The notes under the pieces are model-generated. The model was not told the origin of the DNA. It saw nothing but the letters and a program-made list of their open reading frames with translations, and did not search any database. From the IMG/VR virus record IMGVR_UViG_3300020029_000011, positions 1 through 6,071 of that record: 6,071 bases of DNA; one strand, 5' to 3'. Position numbers and translations under genes: made by a program. The DNA is from a virus. Shown piece after piece: positions 5,802 to 6,071 of the stretch (its first letter is position 1; the number at the start of each line of letters is the position of its first letter).

Positions 5802-6071
5802 ATGAAAAAATTTGGATCACGTCAAGATGACGTACTGCGACTCGATGCCATGGAGTACTTGTTCATAGAGTGGCTTGTCCGGCGAGGAATATTCGCCGCC
5901 TATAGGGCAAATTGCGACCGCGTCCCTACAGGTCGGAAAACCTTTCGAGACTGCTTGCGTGAGCACATCCAATATTGTTATCGTAGGCCTTGTCTCGGCC
6001 CCGAGTCCCTCATCTCCTCCGCTTTTCTGTTCACTTCAACTCCGGAGGGTTATGAATTTTGGATTAAGCAC
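5802..6071 (+). CDS. Hypothetical accessory protein, N-terminal 90 codons of a 101-aa ORF that crosses the circular junction and continues at 122..157. Translation: MKKFGSRQDDVLRLDAMEYLFIEWLVRRGIFAAYRANCDRVPTGRKTFRDCLREHIQYCYRRPCLGPESLISSAFLFTSTPEGYEFWIKH then SDAWKRFYNRL and a stop codon.
   Basis: I translated this by hand. ATG at 5802 opens a frame to the window end with exactly 90 codons. The same frame continues through the repeat copy to TAA at 155..157. A promoter-like motif lies 27 nt upstream of the ATG. The ORF is missing from the supplied track because it has no stop inside the window end. I recognise no family. Confidence 0.6.
   Translation, partial: MKKFGSRQDDVLRLDAMEYLFIEWLVRRGIFAAYRANCDRVPTGRKTFRDCLREHIQYCYRRPCLGPESLISSAFLFTSTPEGYEFWIKH
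5951..6071. repeat. Terminal direct repeat, copy 2 (same sequence as 1..121).
   Basis: 121/121 identity with the window start. An ORF reads through it in frame and continues at position 122. Confidence 0.95.

Overview
The window is one complete circular ssDNA phage genome of the family Microviridae (non-phiX type, gokushovirus/alpavirus-like), linearised with a 121-nt overlap. Positions 1..121 are identical to 5951..6071, so the unit genome is 5950 nt. All credible genes are on the + strand and tightly packed, with 1-nt overlaps or gaps of 1 to 11 nt. The three hallmark genes are readable directly from the translations. The rolling-circle replication initiator VP4 (824..1894) has a CxxCxxC motif, an HUH motif HFHGFLF and a YCVKYVVK tyrosine motif. 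The major capsid protein VP1 (1898..3721) has the RLHRFWVP and LQEYKDLLGAGGSRY blocks. VP2 (4356..5729) is a Gly/Ala-rich, coiled-coil protein of pilot/minor-capsid type. The rest is small accessory ORFs. These are an acidic 98-aa protein (possible scaffold) and a 63-aa predicted lipoprotein (lipobox LASC) sitting 1 nt upstream of VP2. There are also a 107-aa ORF, a basic 66-aa ORF overlapping the VP4 start (TAATG), and a 101-aa ORF missing from the ORF track because it crosses the linearisation point (5802..6071 continuing 122..157). Non-coding elements are a hairpin plus T-tract terminator at 551..590, a long GC-rich imperfect stem-loop at 4061..4131, and a Bacteroides-type promoter match (TTTG-N19-TAAATTTG) at 5745..5775. 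No gene has a Shine-Dalgarno sequence, and together with the promoter match and the lipobox this points to a Bacteroidota host. The most interesting items are the virus-encoded mini-lipoprotein (candidate lysis or exclusion factor), the compositionally atypical junction-spanning ORF, and the long stem-loop (candidate ssDNA origin or terminator).
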